DNA from: a bacterium
GTDB lineage: Bacteria; UBA8248
Assembly (NCBI GenBank): GCA_965207065.1
Contig: OZ242260.1
Coordinates: forward strand, 2,368,001-2,432,000
Direction of reading: 5' to 3'
DNA length: 64,000 nucleotides
Under the pieces are notes generated by a model. It did not search any database. It saw only the letters and a program-made list of their open reading frames with translations, and was not told the origin of the DNA. Every line of letters starts with the position of its first letter. Within the stretch, counting starts at the first letter, position 1. Below, piece by piece: positions 49,242 to 64,000 of this stretch. The position numbers were made by a program, and so were the translations under genes.

Positions 49242-49769
49242 ATGTCCATGAACTGGTATGTAGTGCATACCTATTCGGGTTTTGAAAACAAGGTGAAGCG
49301 CTCGATCGAAGAGCAGTTTCGGGGGGAGACGTTCGAGGAGAAACTCGGCGAGATCGTGGTTCCCACCGAGCAAGTGGTGAAAGTGAAGGGCGGGAAGAGG
49401 CGTACGACCTCCCGGAAATTCTTCCCCGGCTACATCCTGATCCGGATGGAGTGCGACGAAGACACCTGGTATGTCGTCAAGAACACGCCGAAGGTAACGG
49501 GTTTTCTGGGCGGAACCTCCCCGAGTCCTCTCTCCGAAGCCGAGATGGACAACATCCTCAAGCAGATGAGCGGAGAGGCCGAGAAGCCCAAACCCAAGAT
49601 TGATTTCGAAAAAGGCGAGAGCATCCGGGTGATAGACGGGCCTTTCGTGAATTTCACCGGCGAGATCGACGAGGTTCACCCCGACAGAGGAAAACTCAAG
49701 GTCATGGTCAGCATTTTCGGCCGGGCGACGCCCGTGGAGCTCGAGATGCTCCAGGTGGAGAAGGTTTAG
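49242..49769 (+). CDS. nusG: Transcription termination/antitermination factor NusG
   Basis: WYVVHTYSGFE, FFPGY, KOW IDGPF, SIFGRATPVEL. Confidence 0.98.
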   Translation: MSMNWYVVHTYSGFENKVKRSIEEQFRGETFEEKLGEIVVPTEQVVKVKGGKRRTTSRKFFPGYILIRMECDEDTWYVVKNTPKVTGFLGGTSPSPLSEAEMDNILKQMSGEAEKPKPKIDFEKGESIRVIDGPFVNFTGEIDEVHPDRGKLKVMVSIFGRATPVELEMLQVEKV

Positions 49770-49891
49770 GGAAGAAAAGGTTCATCGGGTGCGTGGCGCC
49801 GCGCCATTGCGCGTCGTTCACCGCGTCCGGGAAATAGAGACAGGCGAAGCCCGGGCGTAGTGTCAGGCTTTGATTGCTCCGAGAGGAAAAA

Positions 49892-50317
49892 ATGGCGAAA
49901 GAAGCGGTTGGCATCATCAAACTTCAAATACCGGCCGGTCAGGCGAACCCCGCCCCGCCCGTTGGCCCTGCGCTCGGCCAGCAGGGTGTGAACATTATGG
50001 AGTTCTGCAAGACCTTCAACGCGCAGACCCAGGGCAAGGAGGGCACGATCATTCCGGTCGTGATCTCGGTGTACGCGGACAAAAGCTTCACCTTCATCAT
50101 GAAGAGTCCGCCCGCCTCCGCTCTCCTCAAACAGGCTGCCGCCTTGGCGAAGGGTTCTTCCGAACCCGGGCGCGAGGGCGTGGGCAGCGTGACGCGCAAA
50201 CAACTCGAGGAAATCGCGGAGATCAAGAAAGAGGACTTGAACAGCGCCGACCTCGAAGGGGCCGTCCGGATCATCGAGGGTACGGCCCGCAGCATGGGAA
50301 TCGAAGTCAGCGGATAG
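49892..50317 (+). CDS. rplK: 50S ribosomal protein L11
   Basis: [21 protein letters not shown]. Confidence 0.98.
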   Translation: MAKEAVGIIKLQIPAGQANPAPPVGPALGQQGVNIMEFCKTFNAQTQGKEGTIIPVVISVYADKSFTFIMKSPPASALLKQAAALAKGSSEPGREGVGSVTRKQLEEIAEIKKEDLNSADLEGAVRIIEGTARSMGIEVSG

Positions 50318-50331
50318 TTTTTTGAGCGTAG

Positions 50332-50367
50332 GTGGGAGGCGTCCGCCCCGGGCGTCGTTCGAACCAC
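50332..50367 (+). promoter_or_regulatory. Putative L1-binding autoregulatory RNA element
   Basis: GTGGGAG...GAACCAC stem with internal loop between rplK and rplA, just before the SD. Confidence 0.6.
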
Positions 50368-50385
50368 GTTGGAGGAGTCAGACAA

Positions 50386-51090
50386 ATGCCCAAACACGGT
50401 AAGCATTACAATAAAGCCCGGGAGCGAATCGATCGGGAACAACAGATTCCGCTCTCAGAAGCCGTTGGTCTCGTGAAGGAGATATCTTCGGCGAAATTCG
50501 ACGAGACCGTCGAGATCACCGCCAAGCTCGGCGTCGACCCGCGACATGCGGAGCAGATGGTGAGGGGAAGCGTCGTTCTGCCCAACGGCATCGGCAAAGA
50601 AGAGCGCGTCGTGGCGTTCGCCAAAGGCGAGAAGGTGGCCGAGGCCAAAGAGGCGGGCGCCGAATACGTGGGCGCGGATGATCTGGCCGAGAAGATTCAG
50701 GGCGGCTGGATGGAGTTCGACCGCGTAGTGGCGACGCCCGACGTCATGAGCGTCGTGGGCAAGCTCGGGCGGCTGCTCGGCCCGCGCGGTTTGATGCCCA
50801 ACCCGAAATCGGGCACCGTCTCCTTCGACGTGGGCCGCATGGTCAAGGAGATCAAGGCGGGCAAGGTGGAATATCGCGTAGATAAGGCGGGCATAATTCA
50901 CGCCCCGGTCGGAAAGGTGAGTTTCGAGGGAAAAGCGCTCTCCGAAAACATCTCGGCGGTGGTAGACGCGCTCGTTCGTGCGAAGCCCGCGGCGAGCAAG
51001 GGTGTGTACTTCAAGGGCCTCACAATTTCCAGCACGATGGGGCCCGGCGTGAAGGTCGACCACCAGTCTCTTCTCGCTGCGTTGAAATAA
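50386..51090 (+). CDS. rplA: 50S ribosomal protein L1
   Basis: [25 protein letters not shown]. Confidence 0.98.
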   Translation: MPKHGKHYNKARERIDREQQIPLSEAVGLVKEISSAKFDETVEITAKLGVDPRHAEQMVRGSVVLPNGIGKEERVVAFAKGEKVAEAKEAGAEYVGADDLAEKIQGGWMEFDRVVATPDVMSVVGKLGRLLGPRGLMPNPKSGTVSFDVGRMVKEIKAGKVEYRVDKAGIIHAPVGKVSFEGKALSENISAVVDALVRAKPAASKGVYFKGLTISSTMGPGVKVDHQSLLAALK

Positions 51091-51102
51091 GGAGTCTCTG
51101 AA

Positions 51103-51663
51103 ATGGCGACAGCAGTTGTGGAGAAGGGGAGGCTGGCGACGGGCAAGGCGCCCCGCGACGATAAGGTCGAGGCGATAGAGACGCTTCAGACTCGCTTTAA
51201 CGAGAGCGCCTCATTGGTACTGTTCGATTATCGCGGGCTGAGCGTCGCGCAGATGACGACGCTCAGGCAGCAAACGCGCGAGGCGGGCGTTCGGCTCTCC
51301 GTCGTCAAGAATTCACTCACCGAGCGGGCGGTAGAAGGCACGGGTTTCGAGGAGTTGCGAGGAAGGCTCGTCGGGCCGATTTCCATCGTGACGACCGATG
51401 GCGATCCCTCGACGCCCGCCAAGATACTCAAGGATTTCGTGAAGGGAGAATCCGTCGGCGAGATCAAGGGCGGGGTTCTGGACGGCAGGTTTCTCGAAAC
51501 CGCCGAAGTGGAGTCGCTCGCGGATCTGCCCTCGCGCGAGGTTCTGCTCTCTATGCTGCTCTCCGCCATGCAGGCCCCTGTGGCGGGTCTGCCGAGAGTT
51601 CTGAACGGCGTCATTTCCCAGTTCATGAATGTTGTCGACGCTATTGCCAAAAAGAAAGAATAA
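51103..51663 (+). CDS. rplJ: 50S ribosomal protein L10
   Basis: DYRGLSV, VVKNSL, LADLPSRE. Confidence 0.95.
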   Translation: MATAVVEKGRLATGKAPRDDKVEAIETLQTRFNESASLVLFDYRGLSVAQMTTLRQQTREAGVRLSVVKNSLTERAVEGTGFEELRGRLVGPISIVTTDGDPSTPAKILKDFVKGESVGEIKGGVLDGRFLETAEVESLADLPSREVLLSMLLSAMQAPVAGLPRVLNGVISQFMNVVDAIAKKKE

Positions 51664-51774
51664 GTGTAATATTTCTGTTTGCCCTTAGAAGGGGGGCAAA
51701 CGGCGAAATTTTCCAAAATAAAATGGCCTTGATCTGGCCGATGGTTTATTGCGAATGCGAGGAAAGGGCGAATT

Positions 51775-52158
51775 GTGGCAACCAAAGAAGAAGTAATCGA
51801 TTTCATTGAAAACATGACGGTGATGGAGTTGAGCGAATTCGTCAAGGAGCTCGAGGATAAGTTCGGCGTAACCGCAGCCGCGCCCATGATGATGGCCGGA
51901 GCGGGAATGGCGGCGGGCGGCGACGCGGGCGAAGCGGCGGAGGAGCAAACCGATTTCACCGTCACCCTCAAAGCCTTTGGTTCGGAAAAAATCAAGGTCA
52001 TCAAGACCGTCCGCGAGTTGACCAACCTGGGTCTCAAGGAGGCGAAAGACTTGGTGGAAAGCGCACCCCAAGCCGTCGTGGAGGCGGTTCCCAAGGAAGA
52101 CGCCGATGCTGCTGCCGATAAACTCAAAGCGGTTGGCGCGGAGGTGGAAATCACATAG
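51775..52158 (+). CDS. rplL: 50S ribosomal protein L7/L12
   Basis: EDKFGVTAAA, KIKVIK, LGLKEAKDLVE. Confidence 0.97.
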   Translation: MATKEEVIDFIENMTVMELSEFVKELEDKFGVTAAAPMMMAGAGMAAGGDAGEAAEEQTDFTVTLKAFGSEKIKVIKTVRELTNLGLKEAKDLVESAPQAVVEAVPKEDADAAADKLKAVGAEVEIT

Positions 52159-52252
52159 GGCTCACCAGGGATGCCGATGGCCTGATCCCTGCCTTTCGCG
52201 GCTGGATCGGCGCTTTACTCGTATCGCCCCCACTTTCTTGAGGTGAGCCAAC

Positions 52253-55200
52253 ATGAGTGTAAAAAATGGCAAGAACGGCCGTCGGGTTCGTGAGGATTTC
52301 GCCTCGATACCTGCGGTTATTGATATTCCGAATTTGATCGACATCCAGCTATCTTCCTACGAACGATTCCTCCAATGGGACACGCATCCCTCCGAGCGCC
52401 GCACGGACGAGGGTCTCGAGGGCGTGTTTCGCAGCGTGTTTCCCATTTCCGATGCCGCCGAGAACGTAACGCTCGAATATCTGGGCTATGAAATAGGCGT
52501 CTGGGAGTCGAGGGGCAACGAATATCCCAACCTGGGCGGGCCCGGCGTGAAGGATGACGACGGGGTGGAGGTCTTCTGTCGGCAAAAGCACGAGGCCGAT
52601 GAATGCCGCCAGAGAGGGATGACCTACGTCGCGCCCCTGCGCGTCATGCTGCGCCTCACGGTGTATGAGAATGACGAACTGACCAAGGAGCGCCGCGTCC
52701 GCGAGGTGAAGGAGCAAAAGGTGTATCTGGGGGAAATCCCCCTGATGACGGAGAACGGCACCTTCATCATCAACGGCACGGAGCGGGTCGTCGTCAGCCA
52801 GATGCACCGTTCTCCGGGCGCCTTCTTCAGCGCGGACAAGGCGAAGCCCACCGCCAAATCGGCTTTCACGGCCCGGCTCATCCCCTACCGGGGAAGCTGG
52901 CTGGACTTCGAGTTCGACAGCAAGGAGTTGCTCTTCGTCCGAATTGACCGACGGCGCAAGCTTCCCGTCACCATCCTGCTGCGCGCGTTCGGCTTGGACA
53001 AGGACGACATTCTCAATTCCTTCTACCAGAGCGAGGAGCTCTTCTACGACGAGAAGAGAGAAACGTACTACAAGAAACTCTCCGAACTCATGGTGAACCA
53101 GAGGATTTTCGAGGACATTGTCCTTCCTGATTCAGGCGAACTCGTTCTGCGGGCGGGGCGCAAGTTCACGCGCGCCGCTCTTCGGAAGCTTCAGTCCGCG
53201 GGTGTGGAGACTCTGGAACTCAAGGATGAGGAAGTCGTCGGGGGCATTCTGGCCCAGCCGGTGGCCGATCCCGAAACCGGCGAGGTGCTGTTCGACACGA
53301 ACCTTGAGATCACGTCCGAGGTTCTCGCAGCCCTGCGTGATAAGAATATCCCCAAGCTTGCCATTCTCTACGTCTCCGGTGTGGGTGCGGACAGGACCAT
53401 CCGCGATACTTTGACGTCGGATAAATGCGAGGCGCAAGAAGACGCTCTCGTCGAGATATACAAGCGCCTGCGCCCGGGCGATCCGCCGACGAAAGAAACG
53501 GCGCGGCTCCTTTTCGAAAATCTTTTCTTCAATTCGAAGCGATACGACTTGTCGCGCATCGGACGCCTGAAGCTGAACACGAAACTGGGCCTGAACCTTC
53601 CGCTGGATCAGAGAACCCTGACGCTTAACGACGTCATTGCCACAGTCCGCTACATCATCGAGCTACGCCACGGCCAGGGGGCGGTGGACGACATCGATCA
53701 TCTCGGCAACCGGCGCGTACGCTCCGTGGGCGAGTTGCTCGAAAGCCAGTTCCGCGTCGGTCTCGTGCGCATGGAGCGCGCCATTCGCGAGCGACTGAGC
53801 ATCCAGGACATGGACAATCTGCTGGTGCGCGATCTGGTCAACTCCAAGATGATCACGGCGGCAGTGAAGGAATTTTTCGGTTCCAGCCAGTTGAGCCAGT
53901 TCATGGACCAGACGAATCCCCTCTCGGAGATCACCCACAAGCGCAGGCTCTCGGCCCTGGGGCCCGGCGGCCTGACGCGTGATCGGGCCGGTTTCGAGGT
54001 GCGCGACGTTCATGCTACGCACTACGGCCGCATTTGCCCGATCGAGACCCCCGAGGGGCCGAACATCGGGCTGATCGCCAGCCTCTCCACGTATGCGCGC
54101 GTGAATCAGTACGGTTTCATCGAAACGCCCTGCCGCAAGGTGGTGAACGGACGCGTGGGAGCATCGGTCGAATGGCTCTCGGCGATCGATGAGGACAAGT
54201 ACAAGATTGCGCAGGCGAATGCACCCGTAGACGAAAAGGGCAACCTCGTCAACGAATTTGTCTCGGCGAGGACGAGCGGAGAGTTCGTCATGGTGCCCAG
54301 CGAGCAGGTGGACTACATGGACGTCTCGCCCAAGCAGTTGGTGAGCGTGGCCACCTCCCTCATTCCCTTCCTCGAGAATGACGACGCGAACCGCGCGCTC
54401 ATGGGCTCGAACATGCAGCGCCAGGCAGTTCCCCTGCTGCGGCCCGAGGCGCCCTACGTCGGCACCGGCATGGAGGGAATCGCGGCAAGGGACTCGGGCG
54501 CGGTCGTCATCGCGCAGTGCGACGGCCGTGTGGCGAGCGTGGACGCGACCCGAATCGTGATTCGCGCGACCGAGCAGGCGGGAAACCTGGCCGAAGAGGG
54601 TGTCTACATTCACAATCTGGTGAAGTATCGCCGTTCGAACCAGAACACCTGCATCAACCAAAAACCCATCGTGCACGTCGGCCAGGCGGTGAAGAAGGGC
54701 GACATCATCGCGGATGGGTTCTCCACCGATCAGGGCGAGCTCGCTCTGGGCAGAAACATGCTTGTCGCCTTCATGCCCTGGAACGGTTACAACTTCGAGG
54801 ACGCCATCGTCATCTCCGAAAAGGTGGTGAAAGAAGACATCTACACTTCCCTGCACATCGAAGAGTTTGAAATCGAGGCGCGTGACACGAAACAGGGCCC
54901 CGAGGAGATCACGCGCGACATCCCGAATCAGAGCGAAGAAGCCCTCCGCGACCTCGATGAGAGCGGCATCGTTCGCGTGGGTGCGCGGGTCAATCCGGGG
55001 GACGTGCTCGTCGGGCGCATCACGCCCAAAGGAGAAACGCAGCTAAGCCCCGAGGAGAAGCTCTTGCGGGCCATCTTCGGCGAGAAGGCGGGCGACGTCC
55101 GCGACTCCTCGCTCAGGGTGCCGCCGGGAATCGAGGGGACGGTCGTGGAGGTGCGCGTCTTCTCCAGGCGCGGCGCGGAGAAGGACGCCCGCATGCAACA

Positions 55201-56299
55201 GATCGAGGATGCGGAGATCGAGAGGCTGGAGAAGGACTACGGCGATGAAATCAATATTCTGAATGACGAGGGCGACGCGAGAATCCGCTCTCTGCTCATC
55301 GGGCAGCGCGCCCTCGCCGACGTGGTTCACCCCAGAACGAGTGAGAGCCTATTTGCCAAGGGGGAGGAACTCGACGAGGAGGGCCTCGCGAAACTCAGCG
55401 GCGTCCACCTCCTGAGCCTGCCTGTCGATAAGGCGTTGCTCGAGCAGATCAAGACCCTGTCCGACCATACGAACGAGCAGGTCGAGCTGCTCGACAGCAT
55501 TCTGCAGGAGAAGATAGCCAAGCTTCAGCGCGGCGACGAACTGCCCCCCGGCGTCCTCAAGATGGCGAAAGTCTACGTGGCCATGAAGCGCAAGCTCCAG
55601 GTGGGCGACAAGATGGCGGGCCGTCACGGCAACAAGGGCGTCGTATCCATCATCGTTCCCGAGGAGGACATGCCCTATCTGGATGACGGCACGCCCATTG
55701 AGATTGTGCTCAACCCCCTCGGCGTGCCCTCGCGCATGAACGTCGGCCAGATTCTGGAGACGAACCTGGGGTGGGCCGCGAAGGTGCTGGGCAAACATTT
55801 CGCGACGCCGGTGTTCGACGGCGCGACGGAGCAGGACATCGTCCGCTATACGGAAGAGGCCGAGTTGCCGCCTTACGGCAAAACCCAGCTCTATGACGGA
55901 AAAAACGGCCAGCCCTTCGAGCAGAAGGTTACGGTGGGGATGATCTATATGCTCAAACTCCACCACCTCGTGGACGACAAGATTCACGCGCGCTCGACGG
56001 GCCCTTATTCTCTGGTGACGCAGCAGCCCCTCGGCGGCAAGGCGCAGTTCGGCGGACAGCGCCTCGGTGAGATGGAGGTTTGGGCGCTCGAGGCCTACGG
56101 CGCTGCCAAGACGCTGCAGGAGATATTGACGGTGAAAAGCGACGACGTTTCCGGCCGCACGCGGATTTACGAGTCCATCGTGAAAGGAGAGAACTCGCTG
56201 GAGGCGAGTCTGCCCGAGTCCTTCAACGTGTTGATGAAGGAGCTTCAGAGTCTCGCCCTTGATGTCGAATTGATAGAGAGCGGCGAGGCGCCGAGCTAG
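52253..56299 (+). CDS. rpoB: DNA-directed RNA polymerase beta subunit
   Basis: [31 protein letters not shown]. Confidence 0.99.
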   Translation: MSVKNGKNGRRVREDFASIPAVIDIPNLIDIQLSSYERFLQWDTHPSERRTDEGLEGVFRSVFPISDAAENVTLEYLGYEIGVWESRGNEYPNLGGPGVKDDDGVEVFCRQKHEADECRQRGMTYVAPLRVMLRLTVYENDELTKERRVREVKEQKVYLGEIPLMTENGTFIINGTERVVVSQMHRSPGAFFSADKAKPTAKSAFTARLIPYRGSWLDFEFDSKELLFVRIDRRRKLPVTILLRAFGLDKDDILNSFYQSEELFYDEKRETYYKKLSELMVNQRIFEDIVLPDSGELVLRAGRKFTRAALRKLQSAGVETLELKDEEVVGGILAQPVADPETGEVLFDTNLEITSEVLAALRDKNIPKLAILYVSGVGADRTIRDTLTSDKCEAQEDALVEIYKRLRPGDPPTKETARLLFENLFFNSKRYDLSRIGRLKLNTKLGLNLPLDQRTLTLNDVIATVRYIIELRHGQGAVDDIDHLGNRRVRSVGELLESQFRVGLVRMERAIRERLSIQDMDNLLVRDLVNSKMITAAVKEFFGSSQLSQFMDQTNPLSEITHKRRLSALGPGGLTRDRAGFEVRDVHATHYGRICPIETPEGPNIGLIASLSTYARVNQYGFIETPCRKVVNGRVGASVEWLSAIDEDKYKIAQANAPVDEKGNLVNEFVSARTSGEFVMVPSEQVDYMDVSPKQLVSVATSLIPFLENDDANRALMGSNMQRQAVPLLRPEAPYVGTGMEGIAARDSGAVVIAQCDGRVASVDATRIVIRATEQAGNLAEEGVYIHNLVKYRRSNQNTCINQKPIVHVGQAVKKGDIIADGFSTDQGELALGRNMLVAFMPWNGYNFEDAIVISEKVVKEDIYTSLHIEEFEIEARDTKQGPEEITRDIPNQSEEALRDLDESGIVRVGARVNPGDVLVGRITPKGETQLSPEEKLLRAIFGEKAGDVRDSSLRVPPGIEGTVVEVRVFSRRGAEKDARMQQIEDAEIERLEKDYGDEINILNDEGDARIRSLLIGQRALADVVHPRTSESLFAKGEELDEEGLAKLSGVHLLSLPVDKALLEQIKTLSDHTNEQVELLDSILQEKIAKLQRGDELPPGVLKMAKVYVAMKRKLQVGDKMAGRHGNKGVVSIIVPEEDMPYLDDGTPIEIVLNPLGVPSRMNVGQILETNLGWAAKVLGKHFATPVFDGATEQDIVRYTEEAELPPYGKTQLYDGKNGQPFEQKVTVGMIYMLKLHHLVDDKIHARSTGPYSLVTQQPLGGKAQFGGQRLGEMEVWALEAYGAAKTLQEILTVKSDDVSGRTRIYESIVKGENSLEASLPESFNVLMKELQSLALDVELIESGEAPS

Positions 56300-56383
56300 A
56301 CCTGAATTATTGAGCCTATTTGTTCGGCGGTTCCATCGGCCGTCGCCCAAGGGATGACGCACATACTCCCAAGGAGGGTTGAA

Positions 56384-60535
<4,152 letters not shown>

Positions 60536-60570
60536 CCCTTTGAAATACGTATTTTTTTCCTCGTCTAAGG

Positions 60571-60598
60571 TTGACAAGAGCGCGTGTCGGGCTATAAT
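60571..60598 (+). promoter_or_regulatory. Consensus sigma70 promoter of the str operon
   Basis: TTGACA-16 bp-TATAAT. Confidence 0.85.
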
Positions 60599-60796
60599 CG
60601 CCGCTTCGTTGTCTGGCGCGTGTGGTTCTTGAAGCCTCGGGGCCTCATAAGCATTTGAATTAATTATGGATATTTGGCTGTCCCATCTCGGGACCCAGCC
60701 GAAGTTGAAATAAATGGCCCCGAGATGAGGGCAAAGAACGCTTTGGTCTCGAAAGAGCAGGATTTATCGGGGCGGTTTTCTTAAGATTCGGAGTGA

Positions 60797-61171
60797 ATGG
60801 TGCCGACCATCAGCCAGTTGATACGTAAGGGACGCAAGCGGATTCAGACTAAAACCGACAGTCCGGCGCTGCGCAATTGTCCCCAGAAACGCGGTGTTTG
60901 CGTTCGTGTGTATACGACGACGCCCAAGAAGCCGAACTCGGCACTCCGGAAGGTCGCTCGTGTGCGCCTCACCAATGGCATGGAGGTGACCACCTACATT
61001 CCCGGAGAGGGACACAACCTTCAGGAACACTCCATCGTCTTGATTCGCGGCGGACGCGTGAAAGACTTGCCCGGTATTCGCTATCACGTCGTCCGCGGAA
61101 CGCTCGACAGCGTGGGCGTGGAGGCGCGTCGTAACGGGCGCTCTAAATACGGAGCAAAAAGGCCGAAGTAA
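60797..61171 (+). CDS. rpsL: 30S ribosomal protein S12
   Basis: [20 protein letters not shown]. Confidence 0.99.
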   Translation: MVPTISQLIRKGRKRIQTKTDSPALRNCPQKRGVCVRVYTTTPKKPNSALRKVARVRLTNGMEVTTYIPGEGHNLQEHSIVLIRGGRVKDLPGIRYHVVRGTLDSVGVEARRNGRSKYGAKRPK

Positions 61172-61213
61172 ACGGCGTTCTCGTTCAAGGTTCAGCAGGG
61201 AGATTTATTTTTC

Positions 61214-61681
61214 ATGGCGAGAAGAAAAAGAGCCACGAAAAGAACCGTTTTGCCGGATCCGAAGTTCAACGACCGGATGGTGACCAAGTTCATCAACTCC
61301 TTGATGCTCAAGGGGAAGAAAAGTCTGGCCGAACGTGTCTTCTACGGGGCGATGGACGTGGTGGAGGAGAAGATGAAGGAAGACCCCATCAAGGTGTTCA
61401 AGCGCGCCATGGACAACGTGAAGCCCGCTCTCGAGGTTCGCTCCAGGCGTGTGGGCGGCGCCACCTATCAGGTGCCCGTAGAGGTACGGCCCGACAGGCG
61501 CACGGCGCTCAGCATCCGCTGGATCATCCAGAACGCCCGGAGCCGGGACAGGAAGATTGCAAACGGCCTCGCCGCCGAGATCATGGACGCCGCGAACGAT
61601 ACGGGCGGCGCCGTACGCTTGAGAGAGAACACGCACCGTATGGCGGAGGCGAACAAAGCCTTCGCCCACTATCGTTGGTAG
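61214..61681 (+). CDS. rpsG: 30S ribosomal protein S7
   Basis: [25 protein letters not shown]. Confidence 0.99.
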   Translation: MARRKRATKRTVLPDPKFNDRMVTKFINSLMLKGKKSLAERVFYGAMDVVEEKMKEDPIKVFKRAMDNVKPALEVRSRRVGGATYQVPVEVRPDRRTALSIRWIIQNARSRDRKIANGLAAEIMDAANDTGGAVRLRENTHRMAEANKAFAHYRW

Positions 61682-61700
61682 GCTGAGGGAAGGAAAGACC

Positions 61701-63806
61701 GTGCCTAGCGAAGCGCTCAGGAAAACGAGAAACATCGGCATCATGGCGCATATTGATGCCGGCAAGACGACGACGACCGAGCGCGTCCTCTTCTACACGG
61801 GCAGGACCCACAAGATGGGTGAGGTCCATGACGGCGCGGCCACCATGGACTGGATGGCCCAAGAACAAGAGCGCGGCATCACCATCACGTCCGCGGCTAC
61901 GCGCTGCGCCTGGAACGATCACTTTATCAACATCATTGACACGCCCGGCCATGTGGATTTCACGGCCGAAGTGGAGAGAAGCCTGCGGGTTCTCGATGGC
62001 GCTGTGGCGGTGTTTTGCGCCGTGGGCGGCGTTGAGCCTCAAAGCGAGACAGTCTGGCGTCAGGCGGAGAAATACGGTGTTCCCCGCCTCGTGTTCGTCA
62101 ACAAGATGGACAGGACGGGCGCGGATTTTCAAAGAGTGGTGAATGAAATTAGAGAACGTCTCGCCGCAAACCCGCTCATGCTGCAACTGCCGATTGGGGC
62201 GGAGGAGAACTTCGCCGGCATGGTGGATCTGGTGACAATGAAAGCGCGGGTGTTCGACGAGCCGATGGGCGCATCCTACAAAGAGGCGGAAGTGCCCGAG
62301 GATATGCAGGAAGAAGCGAATGAATTGAGAGAAAAGCTCTTCGACACGCTCTCGATGTTCGATGACTCGTTGATGGAGAAATACCTGGAAGGCGAGGAGA
62401 TTTCTCCCGAGGAGATTCGGGCCGCGATTCGACAGGGAACGATCAGCGGCGAATTTGTTCCCGTCGTATGCGGCTCCGCGTTTAGGAACAAGGGCGTTCA
62501 ACTCCTGCTCGACGCCATCGTCGACTATCTCCCCTCTCCTCTCGAAATACCTCCCGTTCAAGCCGTTTTGTCAGATGAAGATTTAGAGTTGGGCAGAAAG
62601 CCCGAAGAGAGAGCACCCACGGACGATGACCCTCTCTGCGCGCTGACTTTCAAGGTAATGACGGACCCATATGTAGGCCAGTTGGTATTTATCCGCATAT
62701 ATTCCGGCGTGCTGAAATCGGGTTCCTCCGTATTGAATACGATTACCGGCAAGCAGGAGCGCGTAGGGCGTCTCATGCGAATGCACGCGAACAAGCGCGA
62801 GGAGATACAGGAGGCCCATGCAGGCGACATCGTCGCCGCCCTGGGCATCAAGCAGGCCAAAACGGGCCATACCCTCTGCACTCCTGCTCACCCCATCCTT
62901 CTTGAAAGTATCAACTTCCCCGAACCCGTCATCTCCATCGCCATCGAGCCGAAGACGAAATCCGACCATGACAAGCTCGGCAACGCTCTGGCGAGGCTCT
63001 CGAATGAAGACCCGACCTTCCGGGTGCGCACGGACGAGGAAACAGCGCAGACCATCCTCTCCGGGATGGGTGAGTTGCACCTGGAGATTCTGGTGGACAG
63101 GCTATTCCGCGAATTCTCGCTGGAAGCCAGCGTGGGCAAGCCCCAGGTCGCCTATCGGGAAACGATTCGGACTGAGGCCACTGCGCGAGGGCGTTTCGTG
63201 CGCCAATCCGGTGGACGCGGGCAGTTCGGGGATGTGGAGATCACCATCAGGCCGCTCGCTCCCGGCGACGGTTTTCAGTTCGTCAACAAGATTGTGGGCG
63301 GCGTGATTCCGAAAGAATACATTCCGGCAGTCGAGAACGGCGTCAGGGAATCCATGGAAAACGGCGTTATCGCCGGGTATCCGTTGCTCGACATCGAGGT
63401 CACGGTTTTCGACGGTTCGTTCCACCAGGTCGACAGTTCTGAAGTGGCCTTCAAAATCGCAGGCTCCATGGCCTTCAAGGAGGCCGCAAAGAAAGCGAAG
63501 CCGGTTCTGCTCGAGCCGATCATGGATATGGAAGTGGTGTGTCCCTCGGATTTTCTGGGCGACGTCATGGGAGACCTCACTTCCCGGCGCGGCCGGATTC
63601 GCGAGATGGATGACAGAGCGGGCGCCAAGGTAGTGAACGCCTCCGTCCCGCTCTCGGAAATGTTCGGTTATGCGACCGACGTTCGGTCGATGACTCAGGG
63701 CAGGGCGACCTATACGATGCAGTTCGGTCGCTATGAAGAGATGCCGCGCCAGCTCGCTGAGGAACTGATGGCGAAAAACGTCGGCACGGCGGTCGAAACG
63801 GTATAG
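61701..63806 (+). CDS. fusA: Elongation factor G
   Basis: [25 protein letters not shown]. Confidence 0.99.
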   Translation: MPSEALRKTRNIGIMAHIDAGKTTTTERVLFYTGRTHKMGEVHDGAATMDWMAQEQERGITITSAATRCAWNDHFINIIDTPGHVDFTAEVERSLRVLDGAVAVFCAVGGVEPQSETVWRQAEKYGVPRLVFVNKMDRTGADFQRVVNEIRERLAANPLMLQLPIGAEENFAGMVDLVTMKARVFDEPMGASYKEAEVPEDMQEEANELREKLFDTLSMFDDSLMEKYLEGEEISPEEIRAAIRQGTISGEFVPVVCGSAFRNKGVQLLLDAIVDYLPSPLEIPPVQAVLSDEDLELGRKPEERAPTDDDPLCALTFKVMTDPYVGQLVFIRIYSGVLKSGSSVLNTITGKQERVGRLMRMHANKREEIQEAHAGDIVAALGIKQAKTGHTLCTPAHPILLESINFPEPVISIAIEPKTKSDHDKLGNALARLSNEDPTFRVRTDEETAQTILSGMGELHLEILVDRLFREFSLEASVGKPQVAYRETIRTEATARGRFVRQSGGRGQFGDVEITIRPLAPGDGFQFVNKIVGGVIPKEYIPAVENGVRESMENGVIAGYPLLDIEVTVFDGSFHQVDSSEVAFKIAGSMAFKEAAKKAKPVLLEPIMDMEVVCPSDFLGDVMGDLTSRRGRIREMDDRAGAKVVNASVPLSEMFGYATDVRSMTQGRATYTMQFGRYEEMPRQLAEELMAKNVGTAVETV

Positions 63807-63876
63807 ATTGGTATTTCTGGAGAGGGCGGCCGTGAGCCGCCTTCTTTGAATTTTCATCAGAAGGAGAAGGGAAGCC

Positions 63877-64000
63877 ATGGCGAAGGCGAAGTTTGAGCGC
63901 ACGAAGCCGCACGTGAACGTAGGGACGATAGGGCACGTGGACCATGGGAAGACGACGTTGACGGCCGCGATCACGAAACACCTCTCTGCGAAGGGGATGG
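63877..64000 (+). CDS. tuf: Elongation factor Tu, second copy (5' part, truncated by window edge)
   Basis: 63848-64000 is identical to 47628-47780. Confidence 0.97.
   Translation, partial: MAKAKFERTKPHVNVGTIGHVDHGKTTLTAAITKHLSAKGM

Overview
Bacterial chromosomal window, about 60% GC by eye. The right third (about 40.3-64 kb) is core genome: dcd, moaC, PIN-TRAM gene-ispD-ispF-cysS-rlmB, tRNAs Thr/Tyr/Gly/Thr, tuf, tRNA-Trp, secE-nusG-rplKAJL-rpoBC, rpsL-rpsG-fusA and the start of a second tuf. The left two-thirds mixes housekeeping genes (recQ end, groESL with a CIRCE-like element, a DtxR/MntR regulator, gpsA), catabolic and transport genes, and repeat-rich accessory DNA. Main observations: (1) an unannotated small RNA of about 150 nt with a consensus sigma54 promoter, upstream palindromes and its own terminator (27.2-27.5 kb); (2) an 11.3-17.6 kb island where a module of REP, sigma70 promoter, covarying RNA-like hairpin and DNA methyltransferase start occurs twice, once leading a full MTase-HNH fusion with an AT-rich central region and once truncated, beside a candidate ADP-ribosyltransferase and a metalloprotease/TbpB-barrel lipoprotein; (3) an OsmC-like gene split by an in-frame UGA at the catalytic Cys position with a SECIS-like hairpin, i.e. 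a probable selenoprotein; (4) a cargo-less tandem pair of intact tyrosine integrases; (5) several REP/MITE families. No CRISPR array or rRNA was seen. All family calls come from motif recognition by eye, not database searches.
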